DNA of 63,147 nucleotides, the filler included, from Choristocarpus tenellus KU-1152 (taxonomy: Eukaryota > Protista > Phaeophyceae), in the NCBI GenBank assembly GCA_964200185.2. It is 11 parts of 11 records of this genome, joined end to end, with 100 filler letters (N's around TTAATTAATTAA, not from the genome) between each part and the next. Parts side by side here need not be neighbours in the genome. Positions count along the whole stretch, not along the records: positions 46,755 to 55,585 come from CAXNAD020004283.1; positions 55,686 to 63,147 come from CAXNAD020006115.1; 9 more parts are not named here. One strand, written 5' to 3'. This document shows positions 51,623 through 63,147 of the stretch, one piece after another. Under the pieces are notes generated by a model that was given only the letters and a program-made list of their open reading frames with translations, had not been told where the DNA came from and searched no databases. The position numbers were made by a program, and so were the translations under genes. Position 1 is the stretch's first letter. Each line of letters opens with the position of its first letter.

Positions 51623-54600
51623 ATGGATTCTGAGGTGACCTTGGAGTTCATGACCGGAAATCCCCAGCTTGAGGTGCTCACAGGGAGATTGAAACATTCG
51701 GTGACCCTTGACAGGGAAGGGCAGGAGAGACAAGCGGACTGTATCCTCCTCAGTCGGCGCCCTGCCTCTTCCCGAGACAGTCTGCCTAGTACGCGGGGCA
51801 CACTTCTCTGCATTACATCTGTCCCGGCGCACATGGTACCCACGGATATTATACAGTTTGTTGCTCCGTTCAAGAGCAGTGTCCATTATGTGCGCATCCT
51901 TCGGCCTTGCAACCCTATCGGTCCTGACGACCCTGCCAGACTCCCTGCCGAGTATATGGTGATGCTGAAAATGGAGAGCCAGGTAATATTTTTTAGGCGT
52001 GGGTACGGTAGGAGTAGCAGGTTCAGAAATGAGGTCAGGTGTGCATGCCTTCACACCCCACAAGTTGTCTGACTTACTCCCGTCATTGGTGTGACTGCTT
52101 TGCGCCTTCGGCTATCCACTTTCCCCCTTTATTTGGTCCATGTCATTCTATAATCCAGATTGTCCAAGTATGTATATAATGGCTCATAGTTTGGTCTACG
52201 GGACAATGACTCTGTTGCTGAAGGGTGTGTTGGCTTCTCGGGTTTGGACACATTTTTTAGTTCGTTCCACCTTCATATTTGGGTCGCTGTCATCTTTGTG
52301 TGACCAGTATTAAAGATTTTGCCTTACCCTTTCCTCTCCGCTTCTATTCATGAAGCAGCTGTGCTGGCCGCCCTGGGTAGGTCATGTTGCCACATCAAGC
52401 CCGCAGATGCTTCTCCTGAACTCCTGTTCATCGACTCAAGGTTACTCAGAACCCAATGACGTAAATTACCCGAGTTTGTTGGGAACAGTAAGCGAACCGC
52501 TAGTCCCATTCTATTACCTTTCCTCTGTTCTTAATCTTGTCCCTTTCCCTTGCTCCTGATGCCTGTACCCCCACACCCCTAACCTATCCACCCCTGTCCC
52601 CTCATCTCTCCATTCTTGTCTCATTTTAACAGGAGAGTGCCGATGCTTTCTTTCTGCAATGCAATGGGAAACTCTTCAGCAGTTTTGAGGAGGCAAGATG
52701 CGATATCGTCTTCGTTTCCTCTGTCACATTTGATCCCCATTGCCCTCCCCCACCGGCCGCTCCATCCGCTACACCTATCGAAGGCACTTCTCCAGTAGAA
52801 CTTGTACCCAGGCAATGCAAGGGTACCAGCAGCACCTCCAGTGGAGGCCCAGAGAGGAATGAGGGAGTAGCTGCGACTAATCGACCTTCTTCCCCTAGGG
52901 CTTGCCTGGCCCGCCTTTCGGCTCCAGCCGCCTTCACTAGTGTTGGTGCAAGCGGTGGTGGCGGAGGTGGGAGTGGTCTTGGAGGTGGGGTTGGGGGTGG
53001 GGTTGGGCCTGTTCGGCAGAAGGAATCTGCCATCCCATGGGCATATGACGCAGCAGTTTGTGTCATCTGCATGGAAAATATGGAAAGTCAGGTGCTCACC
53101 ACGGTGTGCAACCATAGCTTCCACATTGATTGCCTGGTAAAGTGGCAAGACAGTCCATGCCCTGTTTGCAGGTTTCATCATAACAATACAGGCCAGGAGT
53201 CCACCTGCCAGGTAATATAGAGTGGTGCAGGCGTGTGTGACTACTATTGTGCGACTTTCGTTGTATGCACAAGTTCGCCTTCACCTACGTCAGACCCGTG
53301 CAGTAGGAGACTAGATCATGACATTTCAGTAGTTCACTGCATTGTATCCTGCCACATGGCTTGCGATCCTTACGTGGAAGTGGCAGGGAGTACTCCTTCG
53401 GCAACAAGAAGTTGTGCTGTATGGGGGGGAGGTGGAGGTCAAGGTTTGGTTGCATTGCCGTGATGATCTTGTAGAGACTCATCAAAAGCTCCCCTAGGAA
53501 AAATGCCCACAATCTAGCAACACCTCTTCCTTGTTTTTCCAACAGTGGTACTAGATTTAAGACTTGTCCTTTTCTCCCCTGATCTTGTGTCTATCAGGAG
53601 TGCTCTTCCCCCAGCAACCTTTGGGTGTGTCTCATATGCGGCAGTGTCCTGTGTGGGCCACGCCATGAGGACCACGCCAGGCAGCACTACACCAGTGTAC
53701 TTCACGCCTACGCTCTGGAGATCGGTGTGTTTGAAGGCTACGCAGAGCACGTCGTCAATGCCTCTTTACTTCCTAAGTCTCTTGGATGTATTTGTGTTGG
53801 GTAGTGTTTTATTTCCTTGCAAGCGACGGAGTGCTTTGTGTTTGAGAATGGAACGATCAGGTACTTCCCCCTGAGGCCCCTTGTGTTGTGTTCCTAACGC
53901 AGCCCGATATATATATATATATCTCTCGATGATATTGTGCTTTTCTTTTTGGGCACGATTCTCTCTTGCCTGTTTCCTGAATGGGGTTTGAATTGGGGCA
54001 GAGACGCAACAAGTTTGGGATTTTGCTGGGGATGGTTTTGTGCACCGCCTGATTCAGAACAAGGCTGACGGGAAGCTGGTTGAGGTGCCGGATCCGGACC
54101 AGACCTCGGGAGAGAGACCCCGTGTACCAGCTCACCTGTCAGATATCCAGGTGTGGTGGTGGGGAGGAGCTGGGAAAGGTTGGGATGGGATTGATGATTC
54201 AATGTTCAGCTGGGTAGGGGCTTCGGGACTCTGAGTGAGGGTGTGTGACCCTATCTATATCCCTAGTGCTAACCCCGAATTTTTTGAACGGCTAGGTACT
54301 GATGTTGATGCTTGGACCTGCTGTTCTGATGGGCAGAGTGCAATCATGAGAGTGCAATCATGAGAGTGCAATCATCATAGCGGTTTCCTACCCGTGGTAG
54401 AGGGGAGAGGGGAGGGGAGAGTTTCTATGCATGGTTACTTTTGCAAGGTTACCTGTCCTGTTGCAAGGAGAGATCCTGGTTTATGTCCCCATCCACAGAA
54501 GGAAGTAGAAACATGTAGGAAACTTGACGCTATGTTTTGCCTCTCAATACTTGTTCTCAGTGCTTTGGCCTGTCTTCCTCATAGTGTTGAATGCTAAGCC

Positions 54601-54741
54601 CTGTCTTGTATTGCCTGTTTTATTCCCACCCTGAACTAGGAGGAGCAACTAGTGCATGGAAAGCTGGAAGGTCTGGCATATCAGTACAATACCCTCCTCA
54701 CAAGTCAGCTGGAGGAGCAGCGTTTCTATTACCAGAAGCAG
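51623..54741 (+). CDS. BRAP: BRCA1-associated protein BRAP2/ETP1 (BRAP2 domain, RING, zf-UBP, coiled coil); 3' end not seen
   Basis: Exons 51623-51982, 52633-53211, 53598-53724, 54002-54150, 54640-54741: [51 protein letters not shown]...HA..HY...[37 protein letters not shown]. Confidence 0.95.
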
Positions 54742-55585
54742 GTACGGTTATGCAGCACCTCTATCGTGCGATCTCATGCATCCCCCCCCCTCCCCAAATG
54801 AAGATGATGCCTGGAGTGATGTGCACTTAAGTACACAATGTTCAATTTTGTTGCTTGTCAAGACCTACACCATTGTTGGATCCCTTCATGAGGCGAGGAA
54901 ATTTCTGCTGCTGTAGTCCCCCTCTCTTCTCAACCCCATGTCTCTGAAGGGAAAGAGCAACTTTTTGGCCTACTTTCAAGAAAGAGATCTGTTTTTGGTT
55001 GTTTAAATAGATCCACAATAGGCGTGTGTTACCGCTCGCGCGTAGTACGCCTTGCCAAGGTTTTCACGTAGATCTTCCGCACCGAGCCCGGTTTTTATTT
55101 TGCAGAGATTACGTTGTCGTTTGCGTTAATGCTAATATTTTGCATAGCGAGGTGAGTTATTGCTGAAGCAAGCGCTTTGTGCAAAGACTGATGCAGTGAC
55201 TGCGTTGCTGCTGTTTTCGGTGAACACCCATGGGATCGGTTTGCAATTGGAAGAGATTGTGATTAATGGGAAGTGCTTTAACGAACTGATTCTCAGTTGT
55301 GAGAACAAGCTACGTAGATTGAAGCAACGATGCAAATTTTTGAGTACCGCAAGAGGTGCCAACGCCACCTTGGGTATGGAGTAATAGTTGTATGAGGGAC
55401 TAAGTGTTTTGTGTACCAAGGTCTGTGCAACGAGGATGTGGGAGGTACGGGCGATAGATGCTTTTGGTAGCAAGTGCAAATGTGAATGGTGTTTGGGGCC
55501 CTGGAAATGGGGAGGCAGGTGGGGAGGGGGGGGGGGGGGGGGGGCAAACGGGAGGGGGGGAGGGGGAGGGAGGGGTTGAAAAGCC

Positions 55586-55685
55586 NNNNNNNNNNNNNNN
55601 NNNNNNNNNNNNNNNNNNNNNNNNNNNNNTTAATTAATTAANNNNNNNNNNNNNNNNNNNNNNNNNNNNNNNNNNNNNNNNNNNN
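55586..55685. other. Artificial contig linker
   Basis: N44-TTAATTAATTAA-N44. Confidence 0.98.
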
Positions 55686-55869
55686 ATGCATGCCCCCCCC
55701 CACTCACAATAATCGGCTTCTATTTGCCACTGGCGACAGACTCCCCCCTCCCGCCCGTTGCCAACCCATACACTAAACACGCAATGGATATCGTTGACCC
55801 ATTATGTTACATCCGTGCCTTCCCTTCACGTCAACACCACGCACGACATGATAATTGTACATACGCACT

Positions 55870-56122
55870 GAGTCAAAGTATCTTAGAGGGTAGCATCCAT
55901 TTGGGGGCCAAACTCCAATGCTGTGATTTTAATGTGATTTTGGCCATTGTGTTTCTTAGGAAGTGTCAATATCCATGTTCTGGATACAACTTTCATAACG
56001 TATACATTTTACTTACTCCGAAACATTTTGGAGTAGGAAAATGTCACAAAAAAACCCATGGGAAGCCAAGCCCCAAATTGACAAACAAGGCAAAACCGGT
56101 ACCCTCTAAGATACTTTCACTC
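55870..56122. mobile_element. MITE family A, complete, 3-bp TSD ACT
   Basis: TIR GAGTCAAAGTATCTTAGAGGGTA / TACCCTCTAAGATACTTTCACTC. Confidence 0.93.
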
Positions 56123-56279
56123 ACTTCGTAATCGATCGACTGCACACCGTCCATGCACACTTACAATCATCTCGCCTTCTATTTTTCAGGAGTCTGCCAA
56201 GCGTCTAACTAACCCCAAACTCTAAGTTATTGTTTTCCTCACTTCTTAACGTCTGTCATTTACCAAACACTTGTTCCAG

Positions 56280-58120
56280 GAATAGGCAGCATATATCGTC
56301 CCAAAGAAAATGCCATAACATCAATTCGGTCACAGGACCCCGCCTTGGTATCAACACTGACTCCAACATGACCACCCCTCCCCATATACGCTCAATCACC
56401 ATCCCTTAGGATTGGACGGATAGGGGCGGCAGACCGCACAGGAACACGTCTACGAAACTTCTATACATTGACACGTTCTGAACACAGGAGATAGTCCACC
56501 TTCCGACTTACAAGATCGACCGCGTGGGACGACACAACCCGTGCTTCCCAAACCTCGGTGGCATAAAGTCCATGCACAGGTTCTTCACTGGTCAGCTCAT
56601 CACCAGAGACTCCCGTACATTGATATACACGGAACTGTCGTGCTACTGCACGAACTGTTCCATCGGCAACCTGACCCAATGCAGGTGGCAACTAACCCAC
56701 GTGCCCCCGCTAAAGGAGGTAGACCTCGAACTTTCCTTGGAAACAGAAACGGGCGATATGTATCTGAGAAGCCAGCTGTCGAGGAAGAAGAGACAGCTCG
56801 CTGAGGGGAACATGTGCATTGTGCGGACGCAGCCATCGGAGTACATTGTTATAGAGTTCTTGCCGTTCATTGTCCACCGTAAGGACACGATTCAATGGAA
56901 CAAAATAATGCTCCACATGAATGAATCCACACTGTCTATATACACATGTTATATCCCCTGATATCCCCTCATATACAAATAAAATCCTCCAATGACGTCC
57001 AACCCTGACATCCAAACCAGTGTCATTTCTTTCTCCTACTCTACACCTGCAATCGTCAACTTTCACATAATATTTTACAAGTTCCATATAGGGCAAATAT
57101 AAGTGTATCCCATCCCTTCATTTCGCTGTCTAAGTGTATCCTCTATCCTACATAAAACTCTCCATTCCTCAAAAAACAAACAACACCCCTATACAACCAA
57201 ACAAGGCCGTCACGCGCAAACACATGCCAATAGTCCAACACACTAATACAGCCCTTGCAACGAACATCTTTGTGGTGATGCAGGATGCACAGCCGGGTCC
57301 CCGTGTGGTGCCCCTTCAGGCTATCATCATCCCGGACTTCACTGACATCAACCACAACCACCTGGACAACACATTCACAATCCTACCGGGTAAATGCCAG
57401 AGGTTCACCTCAGAATTCAACCGGCAATCCCTCGGTGGGATACCTGCTCGCTTCTACAGGCAACTCAGACTTGGGGACACATCTGACGCCAGGTTCGGCC
57501 AAGGAACCAGCTTCATCCTATGCGCGAGTGGGGGGTCTATCGTACAAGGGAAGGTCAGCGATGTTCACGAGGACGGTTCAGGGGCGTACATTTACCCAGT
57601 GTCCTACCTTCCGGACGATGACGAAAAGTCTTTGCCCCCTCATCTGAGGTCGTACATGACAGAGGACGAGATAGAGGAGGGTGTCGACCAACTTTGGGAG
57701 AAGAACAAGAGGGACAGTGTCGAGGCTGCAGCCCAGCGAGTCAGACAACGCCGCCGGTCGATGATTGGCCACCAGCGGAAGCGTATTGAAATGGAGAAGG
57801 ATACAGAGAATTATATACTCCTTGAACCGACACTGACAGCTGTGCCGGATTTAGATGAGGGAAAAACACTTGATGCCGGTGCCAAGGGCAGGGGACTATA
57901 CTTCAGATGGGACGATCAGTAGATGTAAGGGACCGTGACCAAATACCAGCCCCATTACATAGTGAAAGTTGGAGATGAACGAGTCAGCTACCCCTACGAG
58001 GTTAAATGGGAGAATGGTGACTTGCAAAATATCCAGCTTCTTGTCGAACGCTACAGTATAGACCAAGAAACTCCTACAAGTGCCTAGTTCTTGACAAGTC
58101 CCACTCTGCCCCCATACTAA
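56280..58120 (+). pseudogene. Decayed DNA transposase C-terminal half (Sola2-like) with two Tudor-like segments
   Basis: EIVHLPTYKIDR...LGGIKSMHRF...YTELSCYCTNC..G...C; probable intron at about 56840-57282; then VQGKVSDV....YIYPVSY..DD and GRGLYFRWDDQ*M*GTVTKYQP...PYEVKWENGD; in-frame stops. Confidence 0.55.
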
Positions 58121-58643
58121 CGAGAGACACGACTTTGAGGAGCAACCTAGGTCAATTCCTGTTCGTGAGTCATCCTCTACTTTGCCAATCAGACACATGC
58201 CTCGACAAACATGTTGTGCTGGAGAGGTCGGAAGTTCTCTAAATCAACGAACTTACACATTTGGTATATTGATTTTAATATCTTCCTGAAGAGTTTGTGT
58301 CTATGTGTCCTTATACGCATGCTTTTATAGGCCCGGTGGCAACCTAGATTTCATCTCGATTAGTGAGTTCTGCCACTATCCTCTAATACTCTTCCTGACA
58401 TGCCCCAATCCTTTTTCCTCCCCTCTTTGTGTTGATCGGACCACAGAGCAATTGACAGAAACCTTGCTAAAATAGCGTTGATACAGAAGCATCTCGTACT
58501 CCATACCACCATCTACAGCACAAGTTGAGATTTTCACAACAGACGACCCCTCTTCCACACCCAATCTAAACGGCGGCAACCATCCCAATTCCAAACTTTG
58601 AACCCAACGGCAACTTCCCTGAGCCACAATCACATAGTCTACA

Positions 58644-58925
58644 GCGTGAAAGTATATTAGAGGGTACGAGTTTTGCCCTGTTTGTCCGTTTGGGGCTTGG
58701 CTTCCCACAGGGTTTTTTAGGACATTTTCCTACTCCGAAAATGTTTCGAAGTAGGTAAAATGTATACATTATGAAAAGGTGTGTCTGGAACAAAGATATT
58801 GACACCGCCTAACAAACACCATAGCCAAAATTGCATAAAAATTGCATCAAAATTGCATCAAAATTGCAACATTGAATTTTGGTCCCGAAACTGAAGCAAA
58901 TCTACCCTCTAAGATACTTTGACTC
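58644..58925. mobile_element. MITE family A, complete, inverted relative to 55870
   Basis: GCGTGAAAGTATATTAGAGGGTA / TACCCTCTAAGATACTTTGACTC; internal AAAATTGCAT(C) expansion; flanks ACA/ACC. Confidence 0.92.
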
Positions 58926-58999
58926 ACCCACTCAAGCGCCAAGCGCACGTTCTAATGGCATTTTATTCCAAAATACATAAAAAAAAAAGGACGGTGACT

Positions 59000-59119
59000 G
59001 GGTCAAAGTATCTGGGGTGGGGTGGTGGTTAGTGAGGGGGCGTCCGATTCAGTCCCGACAAGGTTCTCAGAAATTATAGCAATTGCTGTCTTCAGTCGTG
59101 GACTTTTATACTTTGACCC
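59000..59119. mobile_element. MITE family C (120 bp)
   Basis: GGGTCAAAGTAT...ATACTTTGACCC perfect 12-bp TIR; another GTGTCAAAGTATC terminus at 59146. Confidence 0.75.
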
Positions 59120-61475
59120 TTGAAAATCCTTACCTTTTGGCCTTGGTGTCAAAGTATCAGAATTTAACATGTGATTTACACAACGTATCCAATTTTCGAA
59201 TCTTTATAGCAGGATATTTTTGGAAATGAGCTCATGACAGGATATATCGATGACGGAGAAAACTCACTGAGCAAGATTACTGTTGTTGCTCTCAGTGACC
59301 TTGGGTACATTGTTAAACTAAACAAGGTGAGTTTTTTTAATTTTCGAAACGCTTAACGGAAGAAGATGCCTCATAGAGTTCCTTTTTCTGTTACCATCAA
59401 GCTTCTACAATTTTCGTAACAAATGTTGTACTATCCAATGATATATATATTTATCTCTATATTCCAGGCGGATGAGTACAGCCTCCCCCGACAGGCAACT
59501 CTGATAACCAGGTCGAAAGCACTACCTCGTCAATGACATCAAGACAGGACATGTCCAGACAGTCAAACGCACTGATGGTCTTTGGTTGGCAAATTTGTGA
59601 ATGGGGTTCCGGTTGAGGATTGAACTGTGGGTTTCATGAGTATGCTCGAATGTATTTTTGGAAGGGGATATTATGTTATCCTCACTTGGTCGTACTAACG
59701 ATGTGTATGCTAGAACAATTAAGGAGAGTAATGCTTGGATTATTTATATGTTTTGGAGTTTTTCGTGGAAGACGAGAACTAAGTATGGTCGGGAATTTGG
59801 GGAGAAAAGGGATCTCATTAAGTTAGTTTGGGATCTCAGCTCTTGGGGGAACTCATATATCTGTAATTTTAGCCCTAATTTTGAGAAAATAATTCAGTCC
59901 AACAAAGTCTATCACAGGCATCCAAAATGTTGCAAGGTTCGCTACACGTAATTTTGTCCCATGAAAATAAGATGGAATGAAGCTGTATTTAGAGTGGGAG
60001 GGGAGGTTTGACTAACAATACAGTGCGAAATAGATAATAGTATTGTTTTTGGTGGTATTTTCGTTTTGTTACACTTCCACGATTGCGTTACCTGTTTGTG
60101 ATGATGTGAAATCTATGTCGTCAGAATTTTAATACCACGTAGGACTGGTACGATCTGCTCAAACAACTTGACATTTTGAATTAAAAAATGTTTTTCTAAT
60201 ACTCTCTTTATCGACTCAAATTTGTCAGCTTTGACGTTTGTATTGTTGCCATCTTCCACCACAAGTTCCACTTCGTATTCCTTCTAAAAAGTAATCTACT
60301 CCTTCCTTTCTACCGTATTTAATGTTCACGCTATCTCTTCTGTTATTTCAGCTTGTATGAAACATTCTGGAGGTTGAATACATGTTTATTGCATATTTTA
60401 TTCTGTGTATGATCAACGTTGCCTTCTCGTTGGTGGCATGAGAAACCAAGTGTCCGAAGTCAGTTGTTTTGCATCGCCCCTAGCCTTACCTCATTTCTCA
60501 CTTACGCAATCGTCTTCCCCTTTGCCTACCAAGATTTGTCCGACTGTTTCAAATGTAAGTGAATAGTGCAGCCCCTGGTAACACGCACACTTATGTCCAC
60601 ACCACGCGTACCATGTCCTCTGCGAAGGAAGATGATTGAACATCCTATCGGTGGGTTGAATATCGAATACTTAAAACACTCCATGCTGCCAAAACAACCA
60701 TGGGCTGAGTGAGACTTCGGCGTACAACAAAGAGTTTGAAAATACGTTTTGGCAACTTAGAATGGTACACAGATCTGTCGGTGAGAGAGGCATCTCAAAC
60801 TCTTGTCTTTCGTCTGGTAACCAAATCTCGGCAGTTAGATCATATTTCCCACATAATTTTGTGTAAAGATGAGCTCAATCTCGTCAAGTTTAGGTGCACT
60901 GAATACACTGATTGGGGGAGCCACTTAAACAAATCCTCTTTCAGTCCAAAAAGGTGCAAATAACACTTTCTCCTTCCAAGTATCCGCCCGCTGCGCCTTG
61001 GGAAAGAAACACTCCGTCACCCATTTTGAGCTTCCCTCTTTCCTCTTTGGCATAATCATTGCTTACCTCTTAAGCAATACATCTAAAGGAACCTTCCTCC
61101 TACTTTTGCAGCAGGTGTGTGGAATATTTCCTTGTCTTACGTAGAATTTCATCTCTCGATTTTTTTCGTCTCATGACTGCAAATGCCTCCGAGGTTAGTC
61201 CTCTCGACCCCTTGCTTTTGCAGTTCGCTGTTGCCAGAGTTTCTTATTGGAAAGTATATAACGCAAGACTGTCTTCAAGCTGATAGGTAACATGCTCATA
61301 TTCTTGTCTCCTGTAGGCAAGGTCGTAGGTAAGGCGGGTATGGGGCAGAAAAGGGAAAGTCGGATAGCCTGCCCAAGGTTACACAATTCAGTGAACGCGC
61401 CATACGACTTATGACTGTGAGTAGTGAGGGATCGAAATGTTGTGATCCTCTTTAATGAATCAGTCAGTTACACAC

Positions 61476-61793
61476 TGTGCAAAATAGGACAATAGTGAGG
61501 TGTACCTTATGTTGTGTATGAGATATGTAACTTATGAGATGGTACATCCGGATTATGAATAGCAATATATATGTATGGGTTTTTATTCTGCATTCAACTA
61601 CTTTGACATAACCATGGACTTATGTATGAGGCACAAATAATAATAAATCAAGAAATGAGAAGACACTTCACAAAGGTCACCCTTCTAATTACATCCATTC
61701 TTTCCACGTTTAGCAAAAGGGATCGTGTGAGGCTTCACACATTTTTGTCTTCACTACTGATAAAGAGCATTACCTTCCAAGGTGAATTGCACA
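61476..61793 (+). mobile_element. Solo copia LTR with 5-bp TSD CACAC
   Basis: TGTGCAA...TTGCACA, reverse complement of 27419-27752; CACAC on both sides. Confidence 0.9.
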
Positions 61794-62910
61794 CACACTT
61801 CCCAATAATTATGCTTGTAGAAAGAGCTTGTTGATATTAGCACTAATCCTCTTACATGAAGTCGAAAAGAAACATCAAGGTTGTTGGTCAACTTCCGTTT
61901 CCCTTGACCAAATACGGTCTTCTCCAGTGTCTTTCCGTGAGCTGGAAAAGCTGGAATCTATTGGAACTTGCACAAAAAAAAACCAGGTTTAATACAGATG
62001 CCAACAGGAAAAATTGCAGAGATAATGGATAACTGCAAAATCGACTTCAGATTCATTTCGTAGGCTTTGACCCGATAACATCAACACAAGCAAGCACCAT
62101 CTATGGCATGACATAATAGCAATTAAGGCAGAATGATTGAACAACGTATTTCAAAAAAGAAATTAAAAAAAGACTTACCACTACTTGGCTATGTAATATA
62201 GATATCACCAATTACTTGCATTGTACATTTGTGTAACTCAGATGACCATGTGGATGTGGCACAGCCCGCACGGAGGAAGGGTTGAGGACAATGATTAGTC
62301 TTCGTTTGGATATCATTGTTAAGCGAAATATGTCAAATGTCTAAAGTCCAACGGTAATATCTGATTAGTACAGTAAGTGTATATGTAATTTTGCACCACA
62401 ATATTCACCAGCGTATCATATATTCCCTCCAGTTCAAAATAAGATAATCAACGTAAATTACTTTAGAGCCAGAGGAAAACTTTGTGTCGGTGTGGTGCTG
62501 TTTCGGCCACTGCAGTCCATCAATCCTCCTAGCCATTGGAAGTCGGCAGAGACACATTATGGATCTTGCAAGGAATGTTGCTTGGCAGGATTGTTGCAAC
62601 AGCTGTATGTGTGAAATTTTGGAACAGGAGGACTTTTATCAACAAACCGTAAGAAACCAAGCATACCAAAATGTTCTGTTGCGAGGAATCTGTTTAAATC
62701 TGAGGAACCCAATGCATAGATTCAAACTTGCAACAAATATAGAGGGGAGGTCGGATGTCCATGTCGGGAACTAAGACACCTCATTTCACACCAGTGACGT
62801 TTAACGCAGGGTATTTTGAGCGCATAGGCAGTTATTAAAGACCAGAGTGATATTTTCTGGATAATATTTTTGGTTGTTGAGTTCTGTGAGATGAAACTGA
62901 AATGGAATTT

Positions 62911-63096
62911 GGCTCAAAGTAGCTGGGGGGGGATAGCGGCTGTCCATTCGGGGTCCATCTTTCTATGTCGTGATTTTCGGTTGATTTGGTAGCATGCATC
63001 AAATGATAATGTAAGTGCTCTTCTCCTGGTCAAGGTCCGAGTGGACACCCTGGTGTAGCCCCCCCCCCCCACACACACAGAGAGATACTTTGAGCC
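62911..63096. mobile_element. MITE family B, complete, 3-bp TSD TTT
   Basis: GGCTCAAAGTAGCT...AGATACTTTGAGCC. Confidence 0.9.
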
Positions 63097-63147
63097 TTTT
63101 TCATGCATACTGTAGTTCATCACAGGGGGGGAGCATGTTGAAATGAG

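Noticed and set aside
54337-54376. GAGTGCAATCATGA x3 tandem repeat
   Set aside because: Ordinary intronic slippage repeat with no spacers.
6398-54741. Apparent ubiquitin-pathway gene cluster (HECT, CUL4, BRAP2)
   Set aside because: The genes lie on different contigs joined by linkers, so there is no evidence of linkage.
4637-55685. Recurrent TTAATTAATTAA palindrome as a biological repeat or CRISPR-like array
   Set aside because: Always centred in an exact 100-bp N-padded spacer: an artificial contig joiner.

Overview
This window is eukaryotic nuclear DNA, most likely a stramenopile and probably a brown alga (inferred from intron-rich genes, LINE type and gene content). It is not one locus: 11 short contigs are joined by ten artificial 100-bp linkers (N44-TTAATTAATTAA-N44), so nothing can be inferred across a linker. 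Spliced host genes I could reconstruct: a double cytochrome-b5 heme/steroid-binding (MAPR) protein, the 3' part of a HECT E3 ligase with a long post-HECT tail, a PAK1IP1/Mak11-like WD40 C-terminus, an SLC17/PHT4-type MFS anion transporter, the cullin-4 N-terminus, BRAP2/ETP1, a divergently transcribed IQ/Sfi1-like/C2H2/RGS fusion gene, and several orphans. Intergenic DNA is rich in transposable elements (TEs): Ty1/copia LTRs with gag, RTE-like LINE relics, and hAT and IS630/Tc1-like relics. The most striking signal is a terminal-inverted-repeat (TIR) transposon system. More than 15 elements in at least 4 size classes share the terminus G(A/G)(G/C)T(C/G)AAAGTATCT and have mixed 3- or 4-bp target-site duplications (TSDs). 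A decayed Sola2-like transposase with two C-terminal Tudor-like modules lies between two inverted copies of these MITEs. All family assignments come from motif recognition by eye; no searches were run.
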